The notes below the pieces were generated by a model. The model worked only from the letters and a program-made list of their open reading frames with translations. It searched no databases and was not told where the DNA came from. DNA of 64,000 nucleotides, from contig JAXJYC010000020.1 of NCBI GenBank assembly GCA_036307185.1, positions 6,284 to 70,283 on the forward strand. Direction: 5' to 3'. This DNA comes from Lachnospiraceae bacterium (GTDB lineage Bacteria; Bacillota; Clostridia; Lachnospirales; Lachnospiraceae). The first letter of the stretch is position 1, and every line of letters begins with the position of its first letter. The translations under genes and the position numbers were made by a program. Shown here one piece after another: positions 37,228 through 45,054 of the stretch.

Positions 37228-37614
37228 GTGGAGTTGCAAAAAATAGATATAAATGGTTTGAATAATATATATACATTAGATGTGGTGAAAAAAGAGTTTG
37301 AAAAAGCTGTGGATGAAAAATGGAAGAATCAGCCGCCAATGAAAAGATATCAAGAAAAATTATTATCCAATCTAGCGGTATTAGATATCGAGAAAGAAAG
37401 AGCGATTGAATTACCACAATATGAGAAATTGGTGGGAGAGGAAAATTTGTATAGTATTAGACATCCGAGAACAGGTAAAAATGTTAGAGTGTTATATACT
37501 ATTGTTAATGGTTCTATAATTATATTATTGGTTGCTTTCTTGGAAAAAAATGATGGCGATTATAGAAAAGCAATAAATGTAGCAAAAAATAGATTACGAA
37601 AGCTGGAAGAATAA
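37228..37614 (+). CDS. higB: HigB/RelE-superfamily toxin (phage Gp49-like)
   Basis: 128 aa. GTG start 7 nt after aaaggagg. C-terminal pattern LYSIRHPRTGKNVRVLYTIVNGSIIILLVAFLEKNDGDYRKAINVAKNRL matches the Gp49/HigB consensus (LyElR...R.lY....g.ivlL.aF.KK......I..A). Confidence 0.7.
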   Translation: MELQKIDINGLNNIYTLDVVKKEFEKAVDEKWKNQPPMKRYQEKLLSNLAVLDIEKERAIELPQYEKLVGEENLYSIRHPRTGKNVRVLYTIVNGSIIILLVAFLEKNDGDYRKAINVAKNRLRKLEE

Positions 37615-37625
37615 TTATTATAGAA

Positions 37626-38051
37626 GTGGAGGATTGTAGTATGGGTATTATGGAAAAGATAGCTAATGCGAAGAAAACAAGTTGGATAGCAGATGGTTTA
37701 ACAGAAGCTGAAGTGAAGTCAATAATTGAATTGTCGAGGATATCAGCGCAGATTGAAAAATGTAGATTAGAGTTGGGTATGACACAGAAAGAGTTTGCTG
37801 ATTATATGGGCGTAACTCAAGGTATGGTGTCAAAATGGGAAAGTAGAGAGTATAATTTTACAATAAAATCATTAAATGACATATGCCATAAGTTAGGTAT
37901 GACGGTAGAAGTAAATGTAGAAAAGAATAATGTGACAAAAGAATATAATGTTATTAAATGGGATGCGGATAGATTTACGCGTAACGCGAAAAAAATAAGT
38001 CCAAATAATAAGTGGTATAAATTTATTTATGATGAGGAGGGAATAGCATAA
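37626..38051 (+). CDS. higA: XRE-family HTH antitoxin (HigA-like) with a ~45-aa C-terminal tail
   Basis: 141 aa. HTH LGMTQKEFADYMGVTQGMVSKWES. Tail ..KWDADRFTRNAKKISPNNKWYKFIYDEEGIA. Its stop overlaps the next start (ATAATG). Confidence 0.75.
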   Translation: MEDCSMGIMEKIANAKKTSWIADGLTEAEVKSIIELSRISAQIEKCRLELGMTQKEFADYMGVTQGMVSKWESREYNFTIKSLNDICHKLGMTVEVNVEKNNVTKEYNVIKWDADRFTRNAKKISPNNKWYKFIYDEEGIA

Positions 38052-38482
38052 TGGAATTAAATATGATTACATCAGGTGTAGAATTATTAGGAACATATGT
38101 TAATGATTTATCAATAGATAATTCAATTGCGGATATTACAAAAGATGCAAAAAGAACGTTTGGTCTTAATATAAGAGAACCGGAATTTGAGACTAAAGAT
38201 GGTAGTATTTATGCTCAAATAGGAATAGAAATAGAAATTGAAATTAATCAGTCAGAGGAACAGAATTGTAAAATAAGGTTTGCAATTGATGCAGGGTTTA
38301 TTTCATTAGGGGATATCGAAGAAGAAATGTTTAAGCAAAGAGTTGTAGTAAATGGAGTGGCAGCACTTATCGGTATAGCAAGAGGTAAAATAGAAACCAT
38401 AAGTGCAAGTATATTTAATAGTGGCAAGATAGTTATACCATTTATTAATGTTGTAGATTATTATAAGAGTTTAAGTAAATAG
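38051..38482 (+). CDS. SecB-like chaperone (third component of a TAC module)
   Basis: 143 aa. Collinear by eye with E. coli SecB: LLGTYVNDLSIDNS (QIQRIYTKDISFEAP), IRFAIDAGFISLGDIEEE (CEVQQGGIFSIAGIEGTQ), VNGVAALIGIARGKIETISAS...IVIPFINV ([20 protein letters not shown]...LNLAPVNF). Confidence 0.6.
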   Translation: MELNMITSGVELLGTYVNDLSIDNSIADITKDAKRTFGLNIREPEFETKDGSIYAQIGIEIEIEINQSEEQNCKIRFAIDAGFISLGDIEEEMFKQRVVVNGVAALIGIARGKIETISASIFNSGKIVIPFINVVDYYKSLSK

Positions 38483-38511
38483 TGAGTTGAAAACAATATA
38501 AATAAATGACA

Positions 38512-38547
38512 ACTTAGGTTTCTTTAAGGAAACCTAAGTGTTTTTTT
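38512..38547 (+). terminator. Intrinsic terminator after the TAC operon
   Basis: ACTTAGGTTTCtttaagGAAACCTAAGT followed by gTTTTTTT. Confidence 0.85.
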
Positions 38548-38698
38548 GTACATGATGAAAATGATAGAAAGGACATAAGATGGAAGCTTTATTTGTAGGA
38601 AATTCAGTTATAATTTTATTTTGGGTATATCTTAATTTTGTTGTGGAGATAGAAGAAAAATATATGAGCTGATTTATTCAAGACTTTTTTATAAAAAT

Positions 38699-38998
38699 TT
38701 GAAGAAGTATTATAAAGAATGTCGCTGCGAAACTTACTATTTTAAAGAGTACATCTTGTATTTGTATTTACGAGTAGCTCCGTGCTTGAATGTTGGTGGA
38801 GAGAAGAAAGTAGAAGATGTTTTTAATAAAAAAAGAAATCGAATTAACGAATATACAAAAGAACAACTTTTTATTTTGACGCTATGTTTTAGTGGCAAAA
38901 TAAAAAGAGAATATGTCTTGGACATATATGAAGATGTTATTTGTGATTGTGATATGGATAGGGAAAAGTTGAAATACTATAGAAATAGGTTGAACTAA
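38699..38998 (+). CDS. Doubtful small ORF
   Basis: 99 aa. TTG start, no clear RBS, Cys/Tyr/Lys-rich, no family. Confidence 0.2.
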   Translation: MKKYYKECRCETYYFKEYILYLYLRVAPCLNVGGEKKVEDVFNKKRNRINEYTKEQLFILTLCFSGKIKREYVLDIYEDVICDCDMDREKLKYYRNRLN

Positions 38999-39026
38999 GA
39001 TTATTTTTTATATTAGCTATAAAATT

Positions 39027-39065
39027 AAGAAGACTTACTAGAAATATAACCTAGTAAGCCTTCTT
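39027..39065. terminator. Bidirectional stem-loop downstream of tspO
   Basis: AAGAAGACTTACTAGaaatataacCTAGTAAGCCTTCTT with one mismatch. T-run on the plus strand. Confidence 0.6.
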
Positions 39066-39077
39066 TTTCTGCAATTA

Positions 39078-39548
39078 CTAATTCAAAACCCATATCCCTA
39101 TATTTAAATAAGCTGCAAAGGTTATCCAAATCAGATAAGGTATATTCAAATATGCAGCGGTTCTGTTTATCTTCCAGAAAGCTCTAATCATAAGAAAAAC
39201 AAGTATCCATAAAAGAATTATCCATAGGAAAGAGAAAAAGTACCACTGAAAGTTAAAGAAAAATATGGACCATAGAAAATTAACAGCCAGCTGATATGTA
39301 TATATGGCTAGAGCCTTTGCTTTTTCTATAGGTGCAGCACTGCTGGTGGCAATGAGATAAGCAGACACGCCCATAAGAGTATAGAGAATCGTCCATACTA
39401 CTGGAAATAGCCAACCAGGTGGTGACAGGGCGGGCTTATCTAAAGCGGAAAATGTTTTCATACTATCTGTGGTAAGTAAAGCAGCAATGCCACCCACTAA
39501 AAGGGGAATTGCTATAAAACGAAGTAGTTTTGTATTAAAAGATTTCAT
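39078..39548 (-). CDS. tspO: TspO/MBR tryptophan-rich sensory protein
   Basis: 156 aa. Five TM helices. KPALSPPGWLFPVVWTILYTLMG and Trp-rich helices. Confidence 0.85.
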   Translation of the reverse strand: MKSFNTKLLRFIAIPLLVGGIAALLTTDSMKTFSALDKPALSPPGWLFPVVWTILYTLMGVSAYLIATSSAAPIEKAKALAIYTYQLAVNFLWSIFFFNFQWYFFSFLWIILLWILVFLMIRAFWKINRTAAYLNIPYLIWITFAAYLNIGIWVLN

Positions 39549-39644
39549 ATGACACCTCCTAATATAGTTTATGCAAAGAGAGGAAGGAAAATGAGTGCAA
39601 AAGGTTGACAGGGGATTGACAAAGGATGAAAATAGTTATAGTAT

Positions 39645-39666
39645 AAAGGTATCAAATGATACCTTT
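39645..39666. promoter_or_regulatory. Perfect palindrome abutting the RBS of the MqsR-like gene (candidate MqsA operator)
   Basis: AAAGGTATCAaaTGATACCTTT: 10-bp arms, 2-nt spacer. Two TTGACA hexamers lie upstream at 39605-39610 and 39616-39621. Confidence 0.55.
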
Positions 39667-39680
39667 AGGAGGATGCGGAT

Positions 39681-40121
39681 TTGGCAGATGAAGCGAATGC
39701 ACGAATTGAAAGTGAATTAGAGGTTAAGGCTTATATACAAAATTTAAAATTTGCTCTTAATAATGGGGCAAAAGTAGATTTTCAAGCTAAAAGACGTGTA
39801 GACGATAATAGAGATGAGAAATTTACAAATCAATACACTGTGAATACTTTATTCCCAAATGAAAATCCGGTTGATGCATTGAAGAGGGAATTATTATCTT
39901 TAAGCGTGGAAGACTATATGCAAACAGTTAAAGATATTCGTTTTCCAAAGAGAAGTGAAATGAGAGAATTTGGTAAGGTATACAATGGAAATGATGACGT
40001 ATATATTAAAATAAGGGTGGAACTCTTAGGTATGTATGGTCAGACTACAACTTTTGTAATGTCTTTTCATTTTGCGGAGAAGGCATTTACACCAGAGATG
40101 TTTCCATATAGAAAGAATTAG
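39681..40121 (+). CDS. MqsR-like toxin with an N-terminal extension
   Basis: 146 aa. TTG start 8 nt after aggagg. C-terminal DDVYIKIRVEL...TTFVMSFHFAEK resembles E. coli MqsR ..GQVYLKITVIHDVLIVSFKEK. Sits directly upstream of an MqsA-type antitoxin. Confidence 0.5.
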   Translation: MADEANARIESELEVKAYIQNLKFALNNGAKVDFQAKRRVDDNRDEKFTNQYTVNTLFPNENPVDALKRELLSLSVEDYMQTVKDIRFPKRSEMREFGKVYNGNDDVYIKIRVELLGMYGQTTTFVMSFHFAEKAFTPEMFPYRKN

Positions 40122-40132
40122 GAGGTGTTTTC

Positions 40133-41161
40133 ATGGATATGAAGATTATTAATAGTGAAAAGCGATTATGCACATGTTGTATGGAAGAACATGAAGTGAA
40201 AACGGTTCTTATTTGTGAACAGGCTACATTTAAGAATATAAAAGTAAGTTATGATGCTTTATATTTATATTGTGATATGGCAGAAGAATTTTATATGGAC
40301 GAGCAGCAAATGCAGGAAAATGATATACGTTTAAAAGATGCCTATAGGAAAGAAGTGGGATTTTTGACATCTTCCGAGATTAGCGGAATCCGTGCAAAGT
40401 ATGGAATTAGTCAAAGTGATTTATGCATTCTACTTGGATGGGGAGGCAAGACGATTACAAGATATGAAGGACATCAAGTACAGGATAAGGCACATGATAC
40501 AATATTAAAGAAGATTGATAGGGATTCGGAGTGGTTTCTTTCATTGCTTAGTGATGCAAAGGATAATTTGACTGCTGAATCTTATCAGAAGTATTTAGAT
40601 GTAGCTACAACTTTGTATGAGAATGATCAAGACGCATACTTGCGCAAGTCTATTGAAGCCAGTTATGCGAGATTTCATGGAAATCAGCAGTTCCATGGAA
40701 ATACAAAACTTTCTTTAGATAAGGTTGTTGATGTGATTCGTTATTTTGCAGCCTCGAAGCAGATAACTAATCTTTATAAGGTCAAACTTATGAAGCTGAT
40801 GTGGTATGCAGATGCTCTTTCTTATAAGACTAGAGGATTTGCAATAACTGGCTTAGTATATCAAGCAATGCCAATGGGTGCAGTACCAGTAGGACATAAT
40901 TCAATCATTGATTTAAAGGATATTCCATGCGAAGAAGTGGATATGGGAGAAATAAATGCATATCATTTTACTTTAAGTGAAACAACAGCATTTACAGCAC
41001 TTTCGGATGAAGATAAAAATATTCTTGATATTGTTATCCATAAACTTGGTAAAATGACAAAAAATCAAATAGTTACTTTTATGCATAATGAACAGGCTTA
41101 TGTTGAAACTACACCAAGAGATGTGATTCAATTTAAATATGCCGAAAATTTACAAATATAA
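40133..41161 (+). CDS. Antitoxin fusion: MqsA-type zinc-finger plus HTH N-terminal half and Panacea (DUF4065/SocA-like) C-terminal half
   Basis: 342 aa. CTCC...YCD zinc-ribbon-like start. HTH LTSSEISGIRAKYGISQSDLCILLGWGGKTITRYE. DUF4065 signature KLMKLMWYADALSYKTRGFAITGLVYQAMPMGAVP. Confidence 0.7.
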   Translation: MDMKIINSEKRLCTCCMEEHEVKTVLICEQATFKNIKVSYDALYLYCDMAEEFYMDEQQMQENDIRLKDAYRKEVGFLTSSEISGIRAKYGISQSDLCILLGWGGKTITRYEGHQVQDKAHDTILKKIDRDSEWFLSLLSDAKDNLTAESYQKYLDVATTLYENDQDAYLRKSIEASYARFHGNQQFHGNTKLSLDKVVDVIRYFAASKQITNLYKVKLMKLMWYADALSYKTRGFAITGLVYQAMPMGAVPVGHNSIIDLKDIPCEEVDMGEINAYHFTLSETTAFTALSDEDKNILDIVIHKLGKMTKNQIVTFMHNEQAYVETTPRDVIQFKYAENLQI

Positions 41162-41186
41162 TAGTGTAAAATAGCAAAACATATGA

Positions 41187-41215
41187 GCATCTACCAGAAA
41201 TGGTAGGTGCTTTTT
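41187..41215 (+). terminator. Intrinsic terminator
   Basis: GCATCTACCagaaatGGTAGGTGC followed by TTTTT. Confidence 0.8.
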
Positions 41216-41320
41216 GCAGGTAATAAGCCTTCGGCAGAAATATATTTGATGAGCGAAAATATCTATGGTAAAATAATTGTAAGTTTAAGTTCGTTGATTA
41301 ATTACCAAGGAAGGTGTTAT

Positions 41321-44300
41321 ATGAGGAAAAATAAATTATTGGACCGTATTTGTGCATTGACTGTAGTTTCATGCATGACTACGCAGCTATTGCTATACCC
41401 TGCGGTTCCTGCTAGCGCAGAGGATAGCATAAAAAATGTATCGCAAATCAACTATAGCGACATTAAAGAAAAAGAATTATCAGAACCAGACCTCCCAGAA
41501 CCATCGTATGGTTACTACGATACGGGCTATAATGCTCCTATCATAGAAGTACCAGAATACCTAGGACTTAGTCGGGCGATTTCATTACCGACTAGCTACA
41601 GCTCTAAAGAAAAGGGATATGTGACTGATGTTAAGAATCAGGGGAGCCTTGGAACTTGTTGGGCGTTTGGACCTATAGCAGCTATGGAGTCCTATGCACT
41701 CCGTCATGGATTAGTAGATAGTCCGTCGGAGATAGATTTGTCAGAGTACGCTTTGGCATCTTTTACATTTGATGATAGTACATATACATCTAGTACAGGT
41801 TCTGCATCAGATGATAAGACTACTACAAATGATATTCATAATTGTCTTATGAATGGTGGCAATGATCAGTATGTATTTAAGACCTTGACTAAATGGGCTG
41901 GTCTTATGAATGAGGAAGATTATCCATATACATACGCAGGTATTACGGAGAGTGAATATGATGCCGAAAAGGTTAGCTATATTCTCACAGGTCAGTATTT
42001 CATAAATATGCAAAATATGGATTTGGTAAAACAAGCTATAATGGAGTATGGTGCGGTGGTTGGACATTATAATGCTGATGAAAAATATTTTGCGGATACA
42101 TATAGTCGCTATCACTATACCTATGAGTCGGTGCGTACAAATCATGCCATAGCTATTGTAGGTTGGGATGATAATATACCTGCGTCGGCATTTGCTGTAG
42201 TAGATAAAGATGATAGTAGTAAGACTTATGTGCCAGAGGGACCAGGTGGTTGGCTTATTAAGAATAGTTGGGGCACTAGCTGGGGCGATTTAGGATATAT
42301 GTGGATATCATATTACGATAAGAGCATTGTCAATGTTTCTTGTTGTGCCTATGAGATTGCGCCAAGAAGTGAGTATGACTATAACTATCAACATGATGGT
42401 GGAACTGTTATGGGAACTGGATATTCTTTTGGGACAGACACATATGCCAATGTATTTAAAGTGTCTGGAACAGAGAGTCAGGAGATAAAAGCGGTATCAT
42501 TTGGTGTAGAGGATGTTAATCGTCAATACGAAATTATGATATTTAAGAATCCTGATGAAGATAATCCGAGAAGTGGTACACCTATGTTAGATGCACCAGT
42601 TACTGGAACAACGACTTTTGCAGGATATTATACGGTATCATTGCCAGAGAAGATAAAGCTTGACGGCGGAGATACATTTTCTATAATGATTAAATTTGAC
42701 CAGAATACAAATATCGTAACAGAAGCAGCAGGCACTATGTATATAGGTGGTGGTGGATATGCTACGACTACAAAAGTGTGTGGTAATAATCAAAGTTATT
42801 TTGGCTATGGTAGTTATTTCTATGATACATATGAGTATAATGGTGGACAATATGCGACAAACTTCTGTATCAAGGCGATGCTTGCAGATGTAGATGAGAA
42901 AATCGATGCGTCGTCTATTACAAGCATTGAGAAGAATGGAGATACAGGATTTATCATAAGTTGGCAGAACGTGAAGGACGGTATAGAGTATACACTCCTT
43001 CGATCAACACAAGCAGATGGAGAGTATACAAGCATTTACACGGGTACAGATACATCTTATATAGATACAAACATATCTAAGTACACAAAGTATTATTATA
43101 AGGTCCGTGTCTACGACGGAGCCACTCCGAAGGACTCGGTAGTTAAGAGTGCATATATAGGCGTGGAAGGTACGGAATTTATATCTGGCGATAGTAAGAA
43201 GGCAGGTATAAAACTTAGTTGGATTCAAAAAGAGGATGTGGCTGGGTATAAGATATATCGTTCAACAGACGGTGTAAGCTTCGATTTATTAGCTACTGTA
43301 AATTCTGTTGGTACATATACCGATGCAAATGTGCAGTATGGTAAAACATATTATTATAAGATAAAAACATATGTAAATATAGATACAGGTACTGAAAATG
43401 AACTAGAAGAATCTGTGGAAAGTCTAGTGTGCTCTGTGGATCGCATTGTGACAGCACCGTCTTCAGTGACAGCGGAAATGAAATCTTTTGATGAGGTATC
43501 TTTAAGTTGGGAGTGCCCAGATGAAGTGGATGGATTTGTGATTTATAGAAGCTATTATGACAAATCTGGTACATATGTCGAGATTGAAGAAGTGGCACAG
43601 GTGGCTGGGAATATCTATACTTACGATGTAGATATTACAGATATACCACGAGGAAAAAATACTACATTTTATGTAAAGTCTTATGTAAATGAAAACGGTG
43701 TTAGACAGTTGAGTGCATATGTTTATGATGATGTCTTTATTCCTTATCCGCCAATTAGTAATATTAAATGGTATGTAAGTGGTGGCATAATGCATGTAAA
43801 ATGGGACGAATATAGTGCTGATAATATGACGGTGACAGGTTATACAGCTAGTGTTTGCAGAGATTTAACTGGAACAAGCTTTGTGACAGCACCAGCCACA
43901 ACGGATAATAGCTTTTATTCTGCTTCAATGACAGTGGGCGATACATATTATATGTATGTACAGGCAAAGAATGCTATGCATACACTGTTTACAGCTAAAC
44001 AGAATCCACTAGTGAAGGTAGGCGGAGCATGGGGCGAATTTACATTTAAGAATATAGCAGATGTAACTACTACAGTTGGAAAAACAGTTACGCTTACAGC
44101 TAATCTGACTTATGAATTAGAAAATTTTGATTATCAGTATCAGTGGTATAAGACTACATCGAAGAGTGGAACTACTAGTGGTACTGCTATATCAGGAGCT
44201 ACATCACCAACATATACAGCAGCAGTAGAAGATTATGGAACATCATATTATTACTGTGTGTGTACAGGAGAATATAATGGAACAAAGACTGCTAAAACAA

Positions 44301-45031
44301 ATGTGGTAGCAGTAGGCGCGTATAAAAATATAAGTGAAGCAACAGTATCAAGCATAGGAAATCAAACATATACAGGCAGTGCTATAACACCATCTATAAC
44401 AGTAAAGGATGGAACAAAAACATTAGTAAACGGAACAGATTATAGTGTAAGTTATAGCAACAATGTGAATGTAGGAACAGCGACTGTAACTATAACAGGC
44501 AAGGGAAAATATAGTGGAACAAAGCGTGTAACCTTTACAATAGTAAAGAAGGAACCAGCTAAGCCAAGTACCCCTGCCACTGGGAATGTAGCCCCAGATA
44601 AATTGACATCATCTAGTGTAAGTATTAACCAGAGCACTGGAAAAATAAGTAAAATAAAAGCAGGAACAACAGTGTCTAGCTTGTTATCTTCTATCAATCA
44701 AAAAGAATATGCAGCTGTTTATTCTGGAAGCAGTGTGGTATCAGGAAATAAGAATCTAGGTACAGGAATGAAATTATGTATCGTAGATAATGGTAAAATA
44801 ACAAAAACCTATACAATCATAGTGACAGGTGATACCAGCGGAGATGGCAAAATAAATATTACAGATATGATCGCCGTTAAAGCTCATGTATTGAAGAAGA
44901 GTACATTAACAGGCGTGTACAGCAATGCAGGAGACGTTAATGGTGATGGAAAGATTAATATAACAGATTTTATTAAGATAAAAGCAGTTTTACTGGGTAA
45001 AGATTCTATATCAGGAGTAACAGTTAAATAA
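41321..45031 (+). CDS. Secreted papain-like (C1) cysteine peptidase with four FN3-like repeats, Ig-like modules and a C-terminal type-I dockerin
   Basis: The ATG at 41321 follows aaggaaggtg, and the track start at 41207 lies inside the upstream terminator. Signal peptide MRKNKLL...VPASA. Catalytic NQGSLGTCWAFG, NHAIAIVGWDD, IKNSWG. Dockerin GDTSGDGKINITDMIAVKAHVL...GDVNGDGKINITDFIKIKAVLLG (44822-45031). Confidence 0.85.
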   Translation: MRKNKLLDRICALTVVSCMTTQLLLYPAVPASAEDSIKNVSQINYSDIKEKELSEPDLPEPSYGYYDTGYNAPIIEVPEYLGLSRAISLPTSYSSKEKGYVTDVKNQGSLGTCWAFGPIAAMESYALRHGLVDSPSEIDLSEYALASFTFDDSTYTSSTGSASDDKTTTNDIHNCLMNGGNDQYVFKTLTKWAGLMNEEDYPYTYAGITESEYDAEKVSYILTGQYFINMQNMDLVKQAIMEYGAVVGHYNADEKYFADTYSRYHYTYESVRTNHAIAIVGWDDNIPASAFAVVDKDDSSKTYVPEGPGGWLIKNSWGTSWGDLGYMWISYYDKSIVNVSCCAYEIAPRSEYDYNYQHDGGTVMGTGYSFGTDTYANVFKVSGTESQEIKAVSFGVEDVNRQYEIMIFKNPDEDNPRSGTPMLDAPVTGTTTFAGYYTVSLPEKIKLDGGDTFSIMIKFDQNTNIVTEAAGTMYIGGGGYATTTKVCGNNQSYFGYGSYFYDTYEYNGGQYATNFCIKAMLADVDEKIDASSITSIEKNGDTGFIISWQNVKDGIEYTLLRSTQADGEYTSIYTGTDTSYIDTNISKYTKYYYKVRVYDGATPKDSVVKSAYIGVEGTEFISGDSKKAGIKLSWIQKEDVAGYKIYRSTDGVSFDLLATVNSVGTYTDANVQYGKTYYYKIKTYVNIDTGTENELEESVESLVCSVDRIVTAPSSVTAEMKSFDEVSLSWECPDEVDGFVIYRSYYDKSGTYVEIEEVAQVAGNIYTYDVDITDIPRGKNTTFYVKSYVNENGVRQLSAYVYDDVFIPYPPISNIKWYVSGGIMHVKWDEYSADNMTVTGYTASVCRDLTGTSFVTAPATTDNSFYSASMTVGDTYYMYVQAKNAMHTLFTAKQNPLVKVGGAWGEFTFKNIADVTTTVGKTVTLTANLTYELENFDYQYQWYKTTSKSGTTSGTAISGATSPTYTAAVEDYGTSYYYCVCTGEYNGTKTAKTNVVAVGAYKNISEATVSSIGNQTYTGSAITPSITVKDGTKTLVNGTDYSVSYSNNVNVGTATVTITGKGKYSGTKRVTFTIVKKEPAKPSTPATGNVAPDKLTSSSVSINQSTGKISKIKAGTTVSSLLSSINQKEYAAVYSGSSVVSGNKNLGTGMKLCIVDNGKITKTYTIIVTGDTSGDGKINITDMIAVKAHVLKKSTLTGVYSNAGDVNGDGKINITDFIKIKAVLLGKDSISGVTVK

Positions 45032-45054
45032 TCCATAATAGAGAGGTTGAAGGT

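Noticed and set aside
41207-41320. N-terminal extension of the protease ORF (track start 41207)
   Set aside because: The first codons lie inside the upstream terminator hairpin (41187-41215). A proper RBS and signal peptide begin at 41321.
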